DNA from: Macrostomum hystrix
Taxonomy: Eukaryota; Animalia; Platyhelminthes
Direction: 5' to 3'
DNA length: 64,000 nt
Assembly (NCBI GenBank): GCA_950097015.1
Contig: CATNEN010000038.1
Coordinates: 4,526,001-4,590,000, forward strand
Positions within the stretch are counted from its first letter, which is position 1; each line of letters begins with the position of its first letter. Positions 27,501-41,003 of the stretch are shown piece by piece. Both the position numbers and the translations under genes were made by a program. The notes under the pieces were generated by a model. It was not told the DNA's origin. It saw nothing but the letters and a program-made list of their open reading frames with translations, and searched no databases.

Positions 27501-30500
27501 AATCCAATGAGAATGAAGCCGATGATGATCCTGACTCCTATGGCATGGAGGTTGACGAAGAAGAGGCTGATGAACAGGACGACTCCGATGTCGAAGACTC
27601 GTCTGGCGTTTCCTCCGCTGGCGAGGACGGCGAGGACGACGATGCTGAGATGGATGAGGATGGGGTGAGTGATGTATTTGAAGATAATTGTTAATCCTTC
27701 TTTGTTTGTACTTTAGCTTTAGAGGTCAGCTTCTCAGTTTGTGTGAAATTAAATATTAGTTTATTCCTTGCGAAGTTTTCAATATCACTAGTTTTTTCGG
27801 ATCTGTAACGCATACTTTGGGATCGATATCCCAGTTCATGGGATCAATATTCCAGTTCATGGGATCAATATCCCAGTTCATGGGATCAATATCCCAGTTC
27901 ATGGGATCAATATCCCAGTTCATGGGATCAATATCCCAGTTCATGGGATCAATATCCCAGTTCATGGGATCAATATCCCAGTTCATGGGATCAATATCCC
28001 AGTTCATCAATATCCCAGTCTGTGGGATCCCAGACTACTGTCACTGTGACTTTGAGGTTGGCCCTCAAGGGCGTAAATTGCACGACAAGCTCCCTGGGCC
28101 TTCTCTCCGCGGCTTCGCGTTAGAACTTGAAGCCATAGTCTATGGTAACAGGCAATTAGAGCGATAAGGATATCGAGTTCACCACAGTTTATGAGCTGTG
28201 TGTCAGTGTTTTTATGATATCAATATTCCTGTTTTTGTCTTTAAACTAGTTTATGGGATTTTATCCCAATTTTCGTGACCTAATTCTTTCGCAAAGTTAG
28301 TAGCTACGATGATAATGTATGATTGTCTTGTTATTTCTATATTATTATTCGCTACGAGTTTGTAGTCTAGGCCCTAGGGGATAGTAGCCTATAGTGATTA
28401 GATCTTGAAGGTCGGGGGTTCGATTCTCGACTACACTAGAGCAAACTTTTATTAATAGGAATTTTACAACCCGGTCATCAAATCACATTTTAACGCCTTC
28501 CAGTCAGAAATATTCAGCCAGAGAAAGTCGAATGGAGTGTCTGCAACAGCCAAGTCCGGCGATAAAGATGACACAGACAAACGCACCGGCGGAACCAAAG
28601 CTCAAGAGCCTGCCGATTCCGGCTCCGACGAAGAGGACCCTGACGATCCGGTGGAGTCAATGAAGCGCCGATTCAATCGTCTGGCGACCGGCTGGGATCC
28701 GGCCATGCAGGCGGCCGCCGCTGGCCGCGTCAACTGGCACCGAGTTGTCTATGGCCGAGAGGGCAAGGCCCGCCAGCGGGCGGCCGAGGACGCCTTCGAG
28801 ATTGGCGGCATCTTCAGGCCTGTGGTGCCGGCGGCTGGTGCTGCTGCTGCTGCTCCTGCTGCTTCTGTGGGCGCCGCGTTGATAGCTGACGACGATAAAG
28901 AGGATCAGACATTGTCCGATTGCCAGGTAGGAGTGATCCCTATTTGGGATATTCTTTAACAAGCCCAGTAGGACCACTTGGACTACCAAGCCATTTTACC
29001 GCCTGTAAAAAAAAGAAACAAAAAATTGGCAGCGCCTTAATGCTAGCAGCGTTGGGTGGTGACTGATTAGTTGACATACTAGGCGAGGGTGTACTGTTGT
29101 TTAGCAGCGCCTAATATTTAGGCTTGATCAGTGAAATTGGAGAAATTCGCGTCAGGGAGTCCATAGTGGCCTATTTTCACCTGTTGCAGCCCTTGAAAGT
29201 CCAACAAATCCGTCTAGATTAATGAGGCGACCATCGAAGACGGAGATGATGCAGGCACTTTCTTCATAAATTTTGAAGGCCTGGCAAGGCCGCACTGAGG
29301 TGCAGTGCTAATTCGTGTATAAAAGTGTCTGAAATACACTAGCTCTTACGGAAAAAATCTGATCTTCGGCCAGAACCATTGAATATCTCGACGGTCTGAA
29401 AATCTGGCGACTTGATTCTTTTGTTTCAAAAGATAAGCAACAAAAAGTTAAGCCTAGTTCTTGAGTTTCGTGTGCTTGTGTTGCTCCGTTCGGGTGCAGC
29501 ACAAAAATTGTGGGAAAAATCTCCCTTGGTAGTGTTAAACTGTTAAACTAATTACTTCAATTCATAGAACATCAGTTTTCTAAGAAAATTGGTACCGTTT
29601 CTTAGAAAATCTGCCGCCCAGAGTGTTGGCGGCAGATTTGAAATAAAATCCGGTTTTTTATTTATAATATTAAACGAAGGTTGTTCGCGACTGGTCCGAT
29701 GGTCTGCTCAGCCACCTCATCGCCAACTGTTTCGTCACCGGCACCTGGGGCGATCGAGAGGACGCCGGCGCCCTACTGGGCCGCGACCAGCGCGCCCGAC
29801 GCCTGATGGTCAGCGGCGGCGAAGACGCCGAAGGTCTCGACGACGATGAGGACGGCGACGCTGCCGATGATCAAGGTGACGACGATGGCGCCGGCGATGA
29901 GGAGAACAGCGACGCCGACGATCAAGACGACGAAGCCGGCGGCGGCGAGTCCTGGCTGGAAGAGTTGAAAGCGAAGCGAGCCAAACGCGAGATGACTCGC
30001 GCAGAAAAAGTGCGCGCCGCGCGCGAAAAAAACCGCGCCAAAAAAGCCGCGCTGAAGGCCGCCTTCGACGCCGAGTACGACGCGGCCAAAAGCGGTGTCG
30101 CCGGAGCTGGCGACTCCGAGGGCGACTTCCTCACTAGCTGGAAGGCGCAGGTGCTGCTCTTTTGCTTTGTATCTTTGCGACTGTCTGTTTTGATTACCTG
30201 TCTGTATGCATTGATTACCTGTCTGTCTGCATTGATCACCTGTCTGTATGCATTGATTACCTGTCTGTCTGTTTTGATTACCTGTCTGTATGCATTGATT
30301 ACCTGTCTGTCTGTTTTGATTACCTGTCTGTATGCATTGATTACCTGTCTGTATGCATTGATTACCTGTCTGTATGCATTGATTACCTGTCTGTATGCAT
30401 TGATTACCTGTCTGTATGCATTGATTACCTGTCTGTCTGCATTGATTACCTGTCTGTATGCATTGATTACCTGTCTGTCTGTTTTGATTACCTGTCTGTA

Positions 30501-33500
30501 TGCATTGATTACCTGTCTGTCTGCATTGATTACCTGTCTGTATGCATTGATTACCTGTCTGTATGTTTTGATTACCTCTCTGTATGCATTGATTACCTGT
30601 CTGTATGCATTGATTACCTGTCTGTATGCATTGATTACCTGTCTGTATGCATTGATTACCTGTCTGTATGCATTGATTACCTGTGTATGTTTTGATTACC
30701 TGTCTGTATGCATTGATTACCTGTCTGTATGCATTGATTACCTGTCTGTATGCATTGATTACCTGTGTCTGTTTTGATTACCTGTCTGTATGCATTGATT
30801 ACCTGTCTGTATGCATTGATTACCTGTCTGTATGCATTGATTACCTGTCTGTATGCATTGATTACCTGTGTCTGTTTTGATTACCTGTCTGTATGCATTG
30901 ATTACCTGTCTGTATGCATTGATTACCTGTCTGTATGCATTGATTACCTGTCTGTATGCATTGATTACCTGTCTGTATGCATTGATTACCTGTCTGTCTG
31001 CATTGATTACCTGTCTGTATGCATTGATTACCTGTCTGTATGTTTTGATTACCTCTCTGTATGCATTGATTACCTGTCTGTATGCATTGATTACCTGTCT
31101 GTATGTTTTGATTACCTCTCTGTATGCATTGATTACCTGTCTGTATGCATTGATTACCTGTGTATGTTTTGATTACCTGTCTGTATGCATTGATTACCTG
31201 TCTGTATGAAATGATTACCTGTCTGTATGCATTGATTACCTGTCTGTATGAAATGATTACCTGTCTGTATGAAATGATTACCTGTCTGTATGAAATGATT
31301 ACCTGTCTGTATGCATCGATTACCTGTCTGTCTGTTTCAATCTGTATCAATCTGTGGGTCAGTCAGGTGCCAATGTCCCCTCCGGCTCCAGGTGGAAGAA
31401 CAGGCCCGTCTAAACCGCGAAGAGTTCAAAGACCTGGACGAGGACACTCGCGCCCAGATGGAAGGCTTTCGGCCGGGTCTCTACGTCCGTCTGGAGCTGA
31501 CTGGCGTGCCCTGCGAGCTGTCGCGTCATTTCGACCCGGCCTACCCGCTCATTGTTGGTGGCCTACTGCCCGGCGAGTCATCGACCGGCTTAATCCGACT
31601 GCGCTTCAAGCACCACCGCTGGTACAAGAAGATTTTGAAGACTCGGGACCCGCTGGTCTTCAGCGCCGGCTGGCGAAGGTTTCAGTCAATGCCCATCTAC
31701 TCGGTGAGCAGAACTTTTGGGATTGGGACTGGAGATAAGGTTCCTGAAGGATTGGGATTGGCTGGAGATAAGGTTCCTGAAGGATTGGGATTGGCTGGAG
31801 ATAAGGTTCCTGAAGGATTGGGATTGGCTGGAGATAAGGTTCCTAAAGGATTGGGATTGGCTGGAGATAAGGTTCCTGAAGGATTGGGATTGGCTGGAGA
31901 TAAGGTTCCTAAAGGATTGGGATTGGCTGGAGATAAGTTTCCTGAACGATTGGGATTGGCTGGAGATAAGGTTCCTGAAGGATTGGGATTGGCTGGAGAT
32001 AAGGTTCCTAAAGGATTGGGATTGGCTGGAGATAAGATTCCTGAAGGATTGGGATTGGCTGGAGATAAGATTCCTGAAGGATTGGGATTGGCTGGAGATA
32101 AGATTCCTGAAGGATTGGGATTGGCTGGAGATAAGATTCCTGAAGGATTGGGATTGGCTGGAGATAAGGTTCCTGAAGGATTGGGATTAGCTGGAGATAA
32201 GATTCCTGAAGGATTGGGATTGGCTGGAGATAAGATTCCTGAAGGATTGGGATTAGCTGGAGATAAGATTCCTGAAGGATTGGGATTGGCTGGAGATAAG
32301 GTCCCTGAAGGACTGAGTTAGCAGAGGAGTGGGTACCTGAAGGACTGTGTTAGCAGAGGAGTGGGTCCCTGAAGGACTGAGCTAGCAGAGGAGTGGGTCC
32401 CTGAAGGTTTATCAGTGTAATTATCAGGTTCGGAGATATGTGAATGTGCGCCTGAGAGCTATTTATCCATAAATTGGGACAGCAAGTCACTGTGGTGGCC
32501 TAATCATTGTCGACTAGTTAGTGTTGCCCAGCAATCATGCAGCCTAGTTATCTATATGCAAAAGTTTTGAGTTGGGCAAGTGTGTCCAATGCTTCAGCTT
32601 ATCATGCCTGGGATCTGTTGTTGAGAATACATGCGAATTATCCCATGCCTGCGGGCTATTTTGAATAAGAAATTCGGGAAAAGATAAGGATTATGAGGAA
32701 ACTGTGCTGACAGTGTGTCACAGTTGGCTGATGCATATTTTATTCTGCGAGTCTCCATATCTATACTAGGCGACTTATAAATTTTGTAGATTAACTTATA
32801 AATTCAGCCAGAAATTTCCCACTGACTGATTATTATAATTAAATTTGATCATCGAAGCTAGAATCTTATTATCTATAATCATTTATTATTCATCTGTCCG
32901 CTGCCGCGTTTCCTTCGGTTCCATAGTTGCTAGGCTCTCTCTGTCTCTCTCTCTCGGGTTATAAGTCAAGTGAAACAGCTTTGGATATACGAGCATATGA
33001 TCGCAGAGAGATAAACACGGTTGGTTTCTTCTGCGTGTTCTAGTTTAGATTTTCAAACCAAACGAGCTTTTTCGATTTTCCGATTTGATTTTAAGATTTT
33101 TTATCGATGTTTCTTTCTTCTACGAGACCTTAAAGACTTATTGCATAGTTTTCTGTCAATATTTTAGTACTCTCTGACAGGATTGTAGGATTGTTTGTCG
33201 GAATTTTAGGATTCTCCGTCAGGATTTTAGGATTCTCAGATAAGATTTAAGGATGCTGTATTCAAGCACTGTTTCATGCGGATTCTCTGTCGGGATTTTA
33301 GGATTCTCTGTCGGGATTTAAGGATTCTCTGTCCGGATTTTAAGATTCTCTGTCGGGATTTTAGGATTCTCTGTTGGGACTTTAGGATTCTCCGTCAGGA
33401 TTTTAGGATTCTCTGACAGGATTTAAGGATTCTCTGTCCGGATTTTAAGATTCTCTGTCGGGATTTTAGGATTCTCTGTTGGGACTTTAGGATTCTCCGT

Positions 33501-36364
33501 CAGGATTTTAGGATTCTCTGACAGGATTTAAGGATTCTCTGTCCGGATTTTAAGATTCTCTGTCGGGATTTTAGGATTCTCTGTCAGGATTTTAGGATTC
33601 TCTGACAGGATTTAAGGATTATCTGTCAGGATTTAGGATTGTCTGTCGGGATTTCAGAATTCTTTGTCGGGATTTCAGGATTCTCTGTCAGGATTTTAGG
33701 ATTCTCTGTCGGCATTTTAGGATTCTCTGACTGGCTTTTAGGATTCTCTGTCGGGATTTTAGGATTCTCTGTCGGCATTTTAGGATTCTCTGACTGGCTT
33801 TTAGGATTCTCTGTCGGGATTTTAGGATTCTCCGTCAGGATTTTAGGATTCTCTGTCGGGACTTTAGGATTCTCTGTCAGGATTTTAGGATTCTCCGTCA
33901 GGATTTTAGGATTCTCTGTCGGTATTTTACGATTCTCTGTCGGGATTTTAGGATTCTCCGTCGGGATTTTAGGATTCTCCGTCAGGATTTTAGGATTCTC
34001 TGTCGGTATTTTACGATTCTCTGTCGGTATTTTACGATTCTCTGTCGGTATTTTAGGATTCTCTGTCGGTATTTTAGGATTCTCTGTCGGTATTTTAGGA
34101 TTCTCTGACAGGATTTTAAGATTCTCTGTCCGGATTTTAAGATTCTCTGTCGGGATTTTAGGATTCTCTGTCAGGATTTTAGGATTCTCTGTCCGGATTT
34201 TAAGATTCTCTGTCCGGATTTTAAGATTCTCTGACAGGATTTTAGGATTCTCTGACAGGATTTTAAGATTCTCTGTCGGGATTTTAAGATTCTCCGTCAG
34301 GATTTTAGGATTCTCTGACTGGCTTTTAGGATTCTCTGTCTGGATTTAGTATTCTCTGTCGGGATTTTAGGATTCTCCGTCAGGATTTTTGGATTCTCTG
34401 TCGGCATTTTTGGATTCTCTGACTGGATTTAGTATTTTTGTATTTTCTGCTATATTTCTAGCATCCTTAATATAATTTTCTAGACCCCGTGGGAGTCTGC
34501 TCTGAATTAAAAATCCCAGATTCCAAGATCCCCCTGTCTAACCCGTTGTCTCCCACCGGCCGCAGGTGGAGGAGCACAACGGCAGGCACCGCTACCTGAA
34601 GTACACTCCTGAGCACCAGCACTGCGATGCCACCATCTTCGGCCCGCTGCTGCCGCACAACACCGGCCTGCTGGCTGTGCAGAGCGTCAGCGAAGTCGGC
34701 CGCGACTTCCGCATCGCCGGCCTCGGCGTGGTGCTTGAGAAAGATCACAGCGTGCCGATCATGAAAAAGTTGAAACTCATCGGCGAGCCGTACAAAATCT
34801 TCAAGAAGACTGCCTTCATCAAGGGCATGTTCAGCTCCCGGCTGGAAGCCACGAAGTTTGTCGGAGCCAAACTGCAGACAGTGTCCGGCATTCGCGGCAT
34901 GATCAAACGGCCTCTGGCCGAGAAGGACACCGGCGCATTCAGGTGAGTGGCGTCTGGTTCTATAACCCGTATGAGCAAGGTCATTTTTCCAGCCATTACA
35001 GCCACATGATCCTGGTCATTCTATACGTCATTTAAGCCACATGACCTAGGTCATTCTATCCGTCATTTCAGCCACATGACCTGGGTCATTCCATCCGTCA
35101 TTTAAGCCTCATGATGACCTAAGTCATCCTATCCGTCATTTCAGCCACATGACTTGGGTCATTCTATCCATCATTCCAGCCACATGACCTGGGTCATTCT
35201 ATCCGTCGTTTCAGCCACATGACCTGGGTCATTCAATCCGTAATTTCAGCCACATGACCTGGGTCATTATATCCATTATTATACATTAATAATTTCACCT
35301 GTACAGATAATCCCACTCATTCCAATAATGTCCTACCTAACCCTGCTCATTTGTCACCGACTCCAACATTCCCAGAGCCACCTTCGAGGATCGAATCCTG
35401 CTCAGCGACATTGTGTTCTGCCGCTGCTGGGCCCAGGTGGAGCCGCCCACCTACTTCAACCCGGTGTCCACCCTGCTGCTGGATCCGGCCGAGCGGATGC
35501 GCTGGCAGGGCGCCCGAACCGTTGGCGAGATTCGCCGAGCTCGCCAGCTGGAGAACCCGGATGCGGCCAGGCCCGACTCACAGTACCAGCGGGGCGACCC
35601 CAAGCGGAAGAACTTTGTGCCACTGCCGCTCAAGGTAATACCGACCCGCCCTCTCAGTCGGTAAATTCACGACCCATCCCGACTCGTTCTCGACCCCAAT
35701 AATAATTATTGCAGGAGGGCTGCAGGCAATGGCACATCATTTGGTGACACCAGACCCGCAGCCAGCGAGGAGGCAATTCTGCCCATTTCGCTGACTCCTG
35801 AGCACACACGCACACAGATAGTGTACGCAGGCACAGGCAGTGTACATTCTCACTGTGCCTTGGAATTTGGCCTTCTAGGGCGTAAATTGCACGACAAGCC
35901 CCAGAGCCTTCTCGACCCTTCCCCTGACTCGTTCCCGACCATTTTTATCCTCCTTTTAAAGTTATAAAATTTGCGATTTTCGATACATATCGATATAGAT
36001 CATTCGAAGATGCTTTCCGCTAAATTTCACCCAGGTCCCCAATGCTCTGCAAAGGGACTTGCCCTACCGGTTCAAGCCCAAGACACTTGCCGCGGCCTCG
36101 GCGCCTGACCCTCTGGAGGCCGCCCGCCCGGCTGTGGTTCGCGAGCCGCACGAGTCTCGCCGAGCTGAACTCCTCGAGATGCTGCGCGCCGTTCACGCTG
36201 AGAAGCGCGCCAAGCAGCGAGCCCAAATGGTGACGCGGGTCACGAAGCACAAGGCGGCCATGGCCAAGATTGAGGCCGGCCGGCAGGCCAAGCAGAAGAC
36301 CACGCGAAAGAAGATGCTGTCAGCCAAGGGCCAACAGAGTCAGAGGAAAGGCAGCAAGCGCTGA
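24586..36364 (+). CDS. BMS1: Ribosome biogenesis GTPase BMS1; exons 24586-25463, 27073-27664, 28504-28927, 29680-30150, 31392-31703, 34566-34942, 35376-35634, 36035-36364
   Basis: HRKRQSGPKADKK, RNPKAFA, GGRGVGKSTL P-loop, DVAKVADLVLL, LKHRFWQEVYQGAKLFYL, EGFRPGLYVR, HRWYKKILKTRDPL, GWRRFQ, YLKYTPEH, ATFEDRILLSDIVF, LPYRFKPK; in-frame GT-AG junctions. Confidence 0.97.
25620..27018. repeat. 20-bp minisatellite AGGTAGTAG(C/G)ATAATGTGTC in BMS1 intron 1
   Basis: Direct reading; degenerate edges and a homogeneous centre. Confidence 0.97.
27819..28030. repeat. 21-bp minisatellite GGGATCAATATCCCAGTTCAT in BMS1 intron 2
   Basis: Direct reading; the unit contains the dyad GGGAT-N4-ATCCC. Confidence 0.97.
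28041..28120 (-). mobile_element. Partial copy of the ~230-bp dispersed element
   Basis: TCACTGTG..GGGCGTAAATTGCACGACAAG..GCCTTCTCTCCGCGGCT matches 35851-35915 and the reverse complement of 55150-55220. Confidence 0.8.
28375..28442 (+). mobile_element. Truncated tRNA-SINE head
   Basis: TAGCCTATAGTG...GAAGGTCGGGGGTTCGATTCTCG, similar to 20341-20365. Confidence 0.55.
30180..31335. repeat. 21-bp minisatellite GCATTGATTACCTGTCTGTAT filling BMS1 intron 4
   Basis: Direct reading. Confidence 0.98.
31718..32407. repeat. 33-bp minisatellite GGATTGGGATTGGCTGGAGATAAG(G/A)TTCCTGAA at the start of BMS1 intron 5
   Basis: Direct reading; begins ~14 nt after the donor at 31704. Confidence 0.97.
33170..34435. 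repeat. 21-bp minisatellite GGATTTTAGGATTCTCTGTC(G/A) in BMS1 intron 5
   Basis: Direct reading. Confidence 0.97.
34978..35276. repeat. 35-bp minisatellite CAGCCACATGACCTGGGTCATTCTATCCGTCATTT in BMS1 intron 6
   Basis: Direct reading; internal palindrome ATGACC-TG-GGTCAT. Confidence 0.93.
35711..35915 (-). mobile_element. Copy of the ~230-bp dispersed element in BMS1 intron 7
   Basis: Closely similar to 63872-64000 and to the reverse complement of 55160-55370. Confidence 0.9.
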
Positions 36365-36449
36365 CGGACACTTATCGATTCAGTAACTAAATTTTTGCGT
36401 TCTTTGAAATTTAAGTTTGTTGGTAAATACAGGTGCAAACTATGTGGGA

Positions 36450-39328
36450 ACTCAGGTGGCATTCATCTAAAAATTCAGGTGATATTCATCTAGAAATTCA
36501 GGTGATATTCATCTAGAAATTCAGGTGATATTCATCTAGAAATTCAGGTGGCATTCATCTAAAAATTCAGGTGATATTCATCTAGAAATTCAGGTGATAT
36601 TCATCTAGAAATTCAGGTGATATTCATCTAGGAATTCAGGTGACATTCATCGAGGAATTCAGGTGATATTCATCTAGGAATTCAGGTGATATTCATCTAG
36701 AAATTCAGGTGATATTCATCTAGAAATTCAGGTGACATTCATCTAGGAATTCAGGTGATTTTCATCTAGAAATTCAGGTGATATTCATCTAGGAATTCAG
36801 GTGATATTCATCTAGGAATTCAGGTGATATTCATCTAGGAATTCAGGTGATATTCATCAAGGAATTCAGGTGATATTCATCTAGGAATTCAGGTGATATT
36901 CATCTAGAAATTCAGGTGATATTCATCTAGGAATTCAGGTGATATTCATCTAGAAATTCAGGTGATATTCATCTAGAAATTCAGGTGATATTCATCTAGG
37001 AATTCAGGTGATTTTCATCTAGAAATTCAGGTGATATTCATCTAGGAATTCAGGTGATATTCATCTAGGAATTCAGGTGATATTCATCAAGGAATTCAGG
37101 TGATATTCATCAAGGAATTCAGGTGATATTCATCTAGGAATTCAGGTGATATTCATCTAGGAATTCAGGTGATATTCATCTAGGAATTCAGGTGATATTC
37201 ATCTAGGAATTCAGGTGATATTCATCTAGGAATTCAGGTAATATTCATCTAGAAATTCAGGTGATATTCATCTAGAAATTCAGGTGATTTTCATCTAGAA
37301 ATTCAGGTGATAATCATCTAGAAATTCAGGTGACATTCATCCAGGAATTCAGGTGATATTCATCTAGAAATTCAGGTGATATTCATCTAGGAATTCAGGT
37401 AATATTCATCTAGAAATTCAGGTGATATTCATCTAGAAATTCAGGTGATATTCATCTAGGAATTCAGGTGATATTCATCTAGGAATTCAGGTGATATTCA
37501 TCTAGGAATTCAGGTGATATTCATCTAGGAATTCAGGTAATATTCATCTAGAAATTCAGGTGATATTCATCTAGAAATTCAGGTGATTTTCATCTAGAAA
37601 TTCAGGTGATATTCATCTAGAAATTCAGGTGACATTCATCCAGGAATTCAGGTGATATTCATCTAGAAATTCAGGTGATATTCATCTAGGAATTCAGGTG
37701 ATATTCATCTAGAAATTCAGGTGACATTCATCCAGAAATTCAGGTGATATTCATCTAGAAATTCAGGTGATATTCATCTAGGAATTCAGGTGATATTCAT
37801 CTAGGAATTCAGGTGATATTCATCTAGAAATTCAGGTGACATTCATCCAGGAATTCAGGTGATATTCATCTAGAAATTCAGGTGATATTCATCTAGGAAT
37901 TCAGGTGATATTCATCTAGAAATTCAGGTGACATTCATCCAGGAATTCAGGTGATATTCATCTAGAAATTCAGGTGATATTCATCTAGGAATTCAGGTGA
38001 TATTCATCTAGAAATTCAGGTGACATTCATCTAGGAATTCAGGTGATATTCATCTAGGAATTCAGGTGATATTCATCTAGGAATTCAGGTGATATTCATC
38101 TAGGAATTCAGGTGATATTCATCTAGGAATTCAGGTGATATTCATCTAGAAATTCAGGTGATATTAATCTAGGAATTCAGGTGATATTCATCTAGGAATT
38201 CAGGTGATATTCATCAAGGAATTCAGGTGATATTCATCTAGGAATTCAGGTGATATTCATCTAGGAATTCAGGTGATATTCATCTAGGAATTCAGGTGAT
38301 ATTCATCTAGAAATTCAGGTGATATTCATCTAGAAATTCAGGTGATATTCATCTAGGAATTCAGGTGATATTCATCTAGGAATTCAGGTGATATTCATCT
38401 AGGAATTCAGGTGATATTCATCTAGGAATTCAGGTGATATTCATCTAGGAATTCAGGTAATATTCATCTAGAAATTCAGGTGATATTCATCTAGAAATTC
38501 AGGTGATATTCATCTAGGAATTCAGGTGATATTCATCTAGAAATTCAGGTGATATTCATCTAGGAATTCAGGTGATATTCATCTAGGAATTCAGGTGATA
38601 TTCATCTAGGAATTCAGGTGATATTCATCTAGGAATTCAGGTAATATTCATCTAGAAATTCAGGTGATATTCATCTAGAAATTCAGGTGATTTTCATCTA
38701 GAAATTCAGGTGATATTCATCTAGAAATTCAGGTGACATTCATCCAGGAATTCAGGTGATATTCATCTAGAAATTCAGGTGATATTCATCTAGGAATTCA
38801 GGTGATATTCATCTAGAAATTCAGGTGATATTCATCTAGGAATTCAGGTGATATTCATCTAGGAATTCAGGTAATATTCATCTAGAAATTCAGGTGATAT
38901 TCATCTAGAAATTCAGGTGATATTCATCTAGGAATTCAGGTGATATTCATCTAGAAATTCAGGTGATATTCATCTAGGAATTCAGGTGATATTCATCTAG
39001 GAATTCAGGTGATATTCATCTAGGAATTCAGGTAATATTCATCTAGAAATTCAGGTGATATTCATCTAGAAATTCAGGTGATTTTCATCTAGAAATTCAG
39101 GTGATATTCATCTAGAAATTCAGGTGACATTCATCCAGGAATTCAGGTGATATTCATCTAGAAATTCAGGTGATATTCATCTAGGAATTCAGGTGATATT
39201 CATCTAGAAATTCAGGTGACATTCATCCAGGAATTCAGGTGATATTCATCTAGAAATTCAGGTGATATTCATCTAGGAATTCAGGTGATATTCATCTAGA
39301 AATTCAGGTGACATTCATCCAGGAATTA
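36450..39328. repeat. 23-bp minisatellite AATTCAGGTGATATTCATCTAG(A/G), ~125 copies, just downstream of the BMS1 stop
   Basis: Direct reading. Confidence 0.99.
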
Positions 39329-39789
39329 GTGTGAAAGTGTTAGTTGTTAATTGTTGATGCTAGGCTACTCAAAGCATTTATCAATTTAACTTGTTTGTCC
39401 AATTGTCAGCCAATTACTATAATTGTGTTTATTGACTTGAATGCATTAAAAATCAATCAATAAACTAACCAATGATGAATCGCTTTCTGTGTTGCATTTT
39501 TTTGGAGAGAAAAAAATCAAAATTGCTTTTTTATTTTTTTGTGGCTGTCTTAGATCTAAATTATATTTTTGGAGCATATTTAGAAACTTCATTAGCCATA
39601 TAATTTGTAGCATGTAAACCATTTAAGTATAATAAGTTCAGTTTAGTTTCTATGTAACCTCTATGTCTAATCACTGACAATATCAGTAATTAAGCTACCC
39701 AGTGGGTGATATGACTGTCAATCTCATCCAGCCACTCCTATAGTGACAAAAAACTGGCCCTTATAATTCTTATTTCGGTGCTAGCTCGC

Positions 39790-39964
39790 CTATTGGCTGG
39801 GCGCGCGTAATAAATCTGCTGCACTTTCTTCTCAACCTCAGTCTCTCTGCTCTGCTCTGCTCTGCTCTGCTCTGCCTTTGAAGTGTCCCACCAACTTTTA
39901 AGGATATTCTAGGATCCTAGATCGCATCTGATCGTTCAAATTGTCAATTTGCTTAAAGGTAACA
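39790..39964 (+). promoter_or_regulatory. Possible promoter plus non-coding first exon upstream of the USP genes
   Basis: ATTGG (reverse CCAAT), GC-rich GGGCGCGCG, TAATAAAT, (CTCTG)n, donor-like AAG|GTAACA at 39959; no transcript evidence. Confidence 0.25.
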
Positions 39965-40009
39965 AATAACATATGCTTTTTATTAATTTAGCACAATTTG
40001 TTCCTTCCT

Positions 40010-40542
40010 TCGACCATTCCCTGACTCATTCTTGACCTATTCCTGATTCATTCTTGACCTATTCCTGATTCATTCTTGACCTATCCCTGACTCATTCTTG
40101 ACCTATTCCTGATTCATTCTTGACCTATCCCTGATTCATTCTTGACCTATCCCTGACTCATTCTTGACCTATCCCTGATTCATTCTTGACCTATTCCTGA
40201 TTCATTCTTGACCTATCCCTGACTCATTCTTGACCTATCCCTGACTCATTCTTGACCTATCCCTGACTCATTCTTGACCTATCCCTGACTCATTCTTGAC
40301 CTATCCCTGACTCATTCTTGACCTATTCCTGATTCATTCTTGACCTATCCCTGACTCATTCTTGACCTATCCCTGACTCATTCTTGACCTATCCCTGACT
40401 CATTCTTGACCTATCCCTGACTCATTCTTGACCTATCCCTGACTCATTCTTGACCTATCCCTGACTCATTCTTGACCTATCCTTGACTCATTCTTGACCT
40501 ATTCCTGATTAATTCTTGACCTATCCCTGACTCATTCTTTAC
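40010..40542. repeat. 22-bp minisatellite CTGACTCATTCTTGACCTATCC
   Basis: Direct reading. Confidence 0.97.
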
Positions 40543-41003
40543 CTTGTAGCTTGTAATGTGCTTATAACCTAATGGTTTTAGCTTTAGACTTCTGAGTAGT
40601 CAGGATTTCGATTTTTTAGCGTAAGGGAAACGGGTTTTACTCAGACTTTTGAAACGCCCTGCAATAGCTACGGCTGTCCCACTGGCATCTGTGTCATTTC
40701 AATCCTATCTATATTAAATTTTGAATAGCTGCAACTTCTGGTTCGCTACATTTTCAACTGAATCCCTAATTCACTGTAGGTTTCTTTTACTTTGAGAACA
40801 AGGCCGCTTTTCTTGATTCTGCTCAAATCCGGACAACTCTATCGGCTGTTTCCCATCAAATTTCCTGCAAATTCTCATTTCCTGTTCTGTTTCGTTTCAC
40901 TTCCCATTTCCACACTTCAGTCACGTGGCTCCAAGGTAGCATCCTTCGTGGCTAACATCGCTTTTCAGGCCAAGACAACTGGAGTGGTCCTTCACGAAGG
41001 AAT

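Noticed and set aside
30162-34349. Long repetitive ORFs (ALITCLY, DKVPEGLGLAG, GILGFSV; also those at 9.7k, 19.7k, 27.8k, 41-43k, 45.4k, 47.5k, 56.5k, 58.2k)
   Set aside because: They are translations of stop-free minisatellites in introns or intergenic DNA; the flanking genes splice around them in frame
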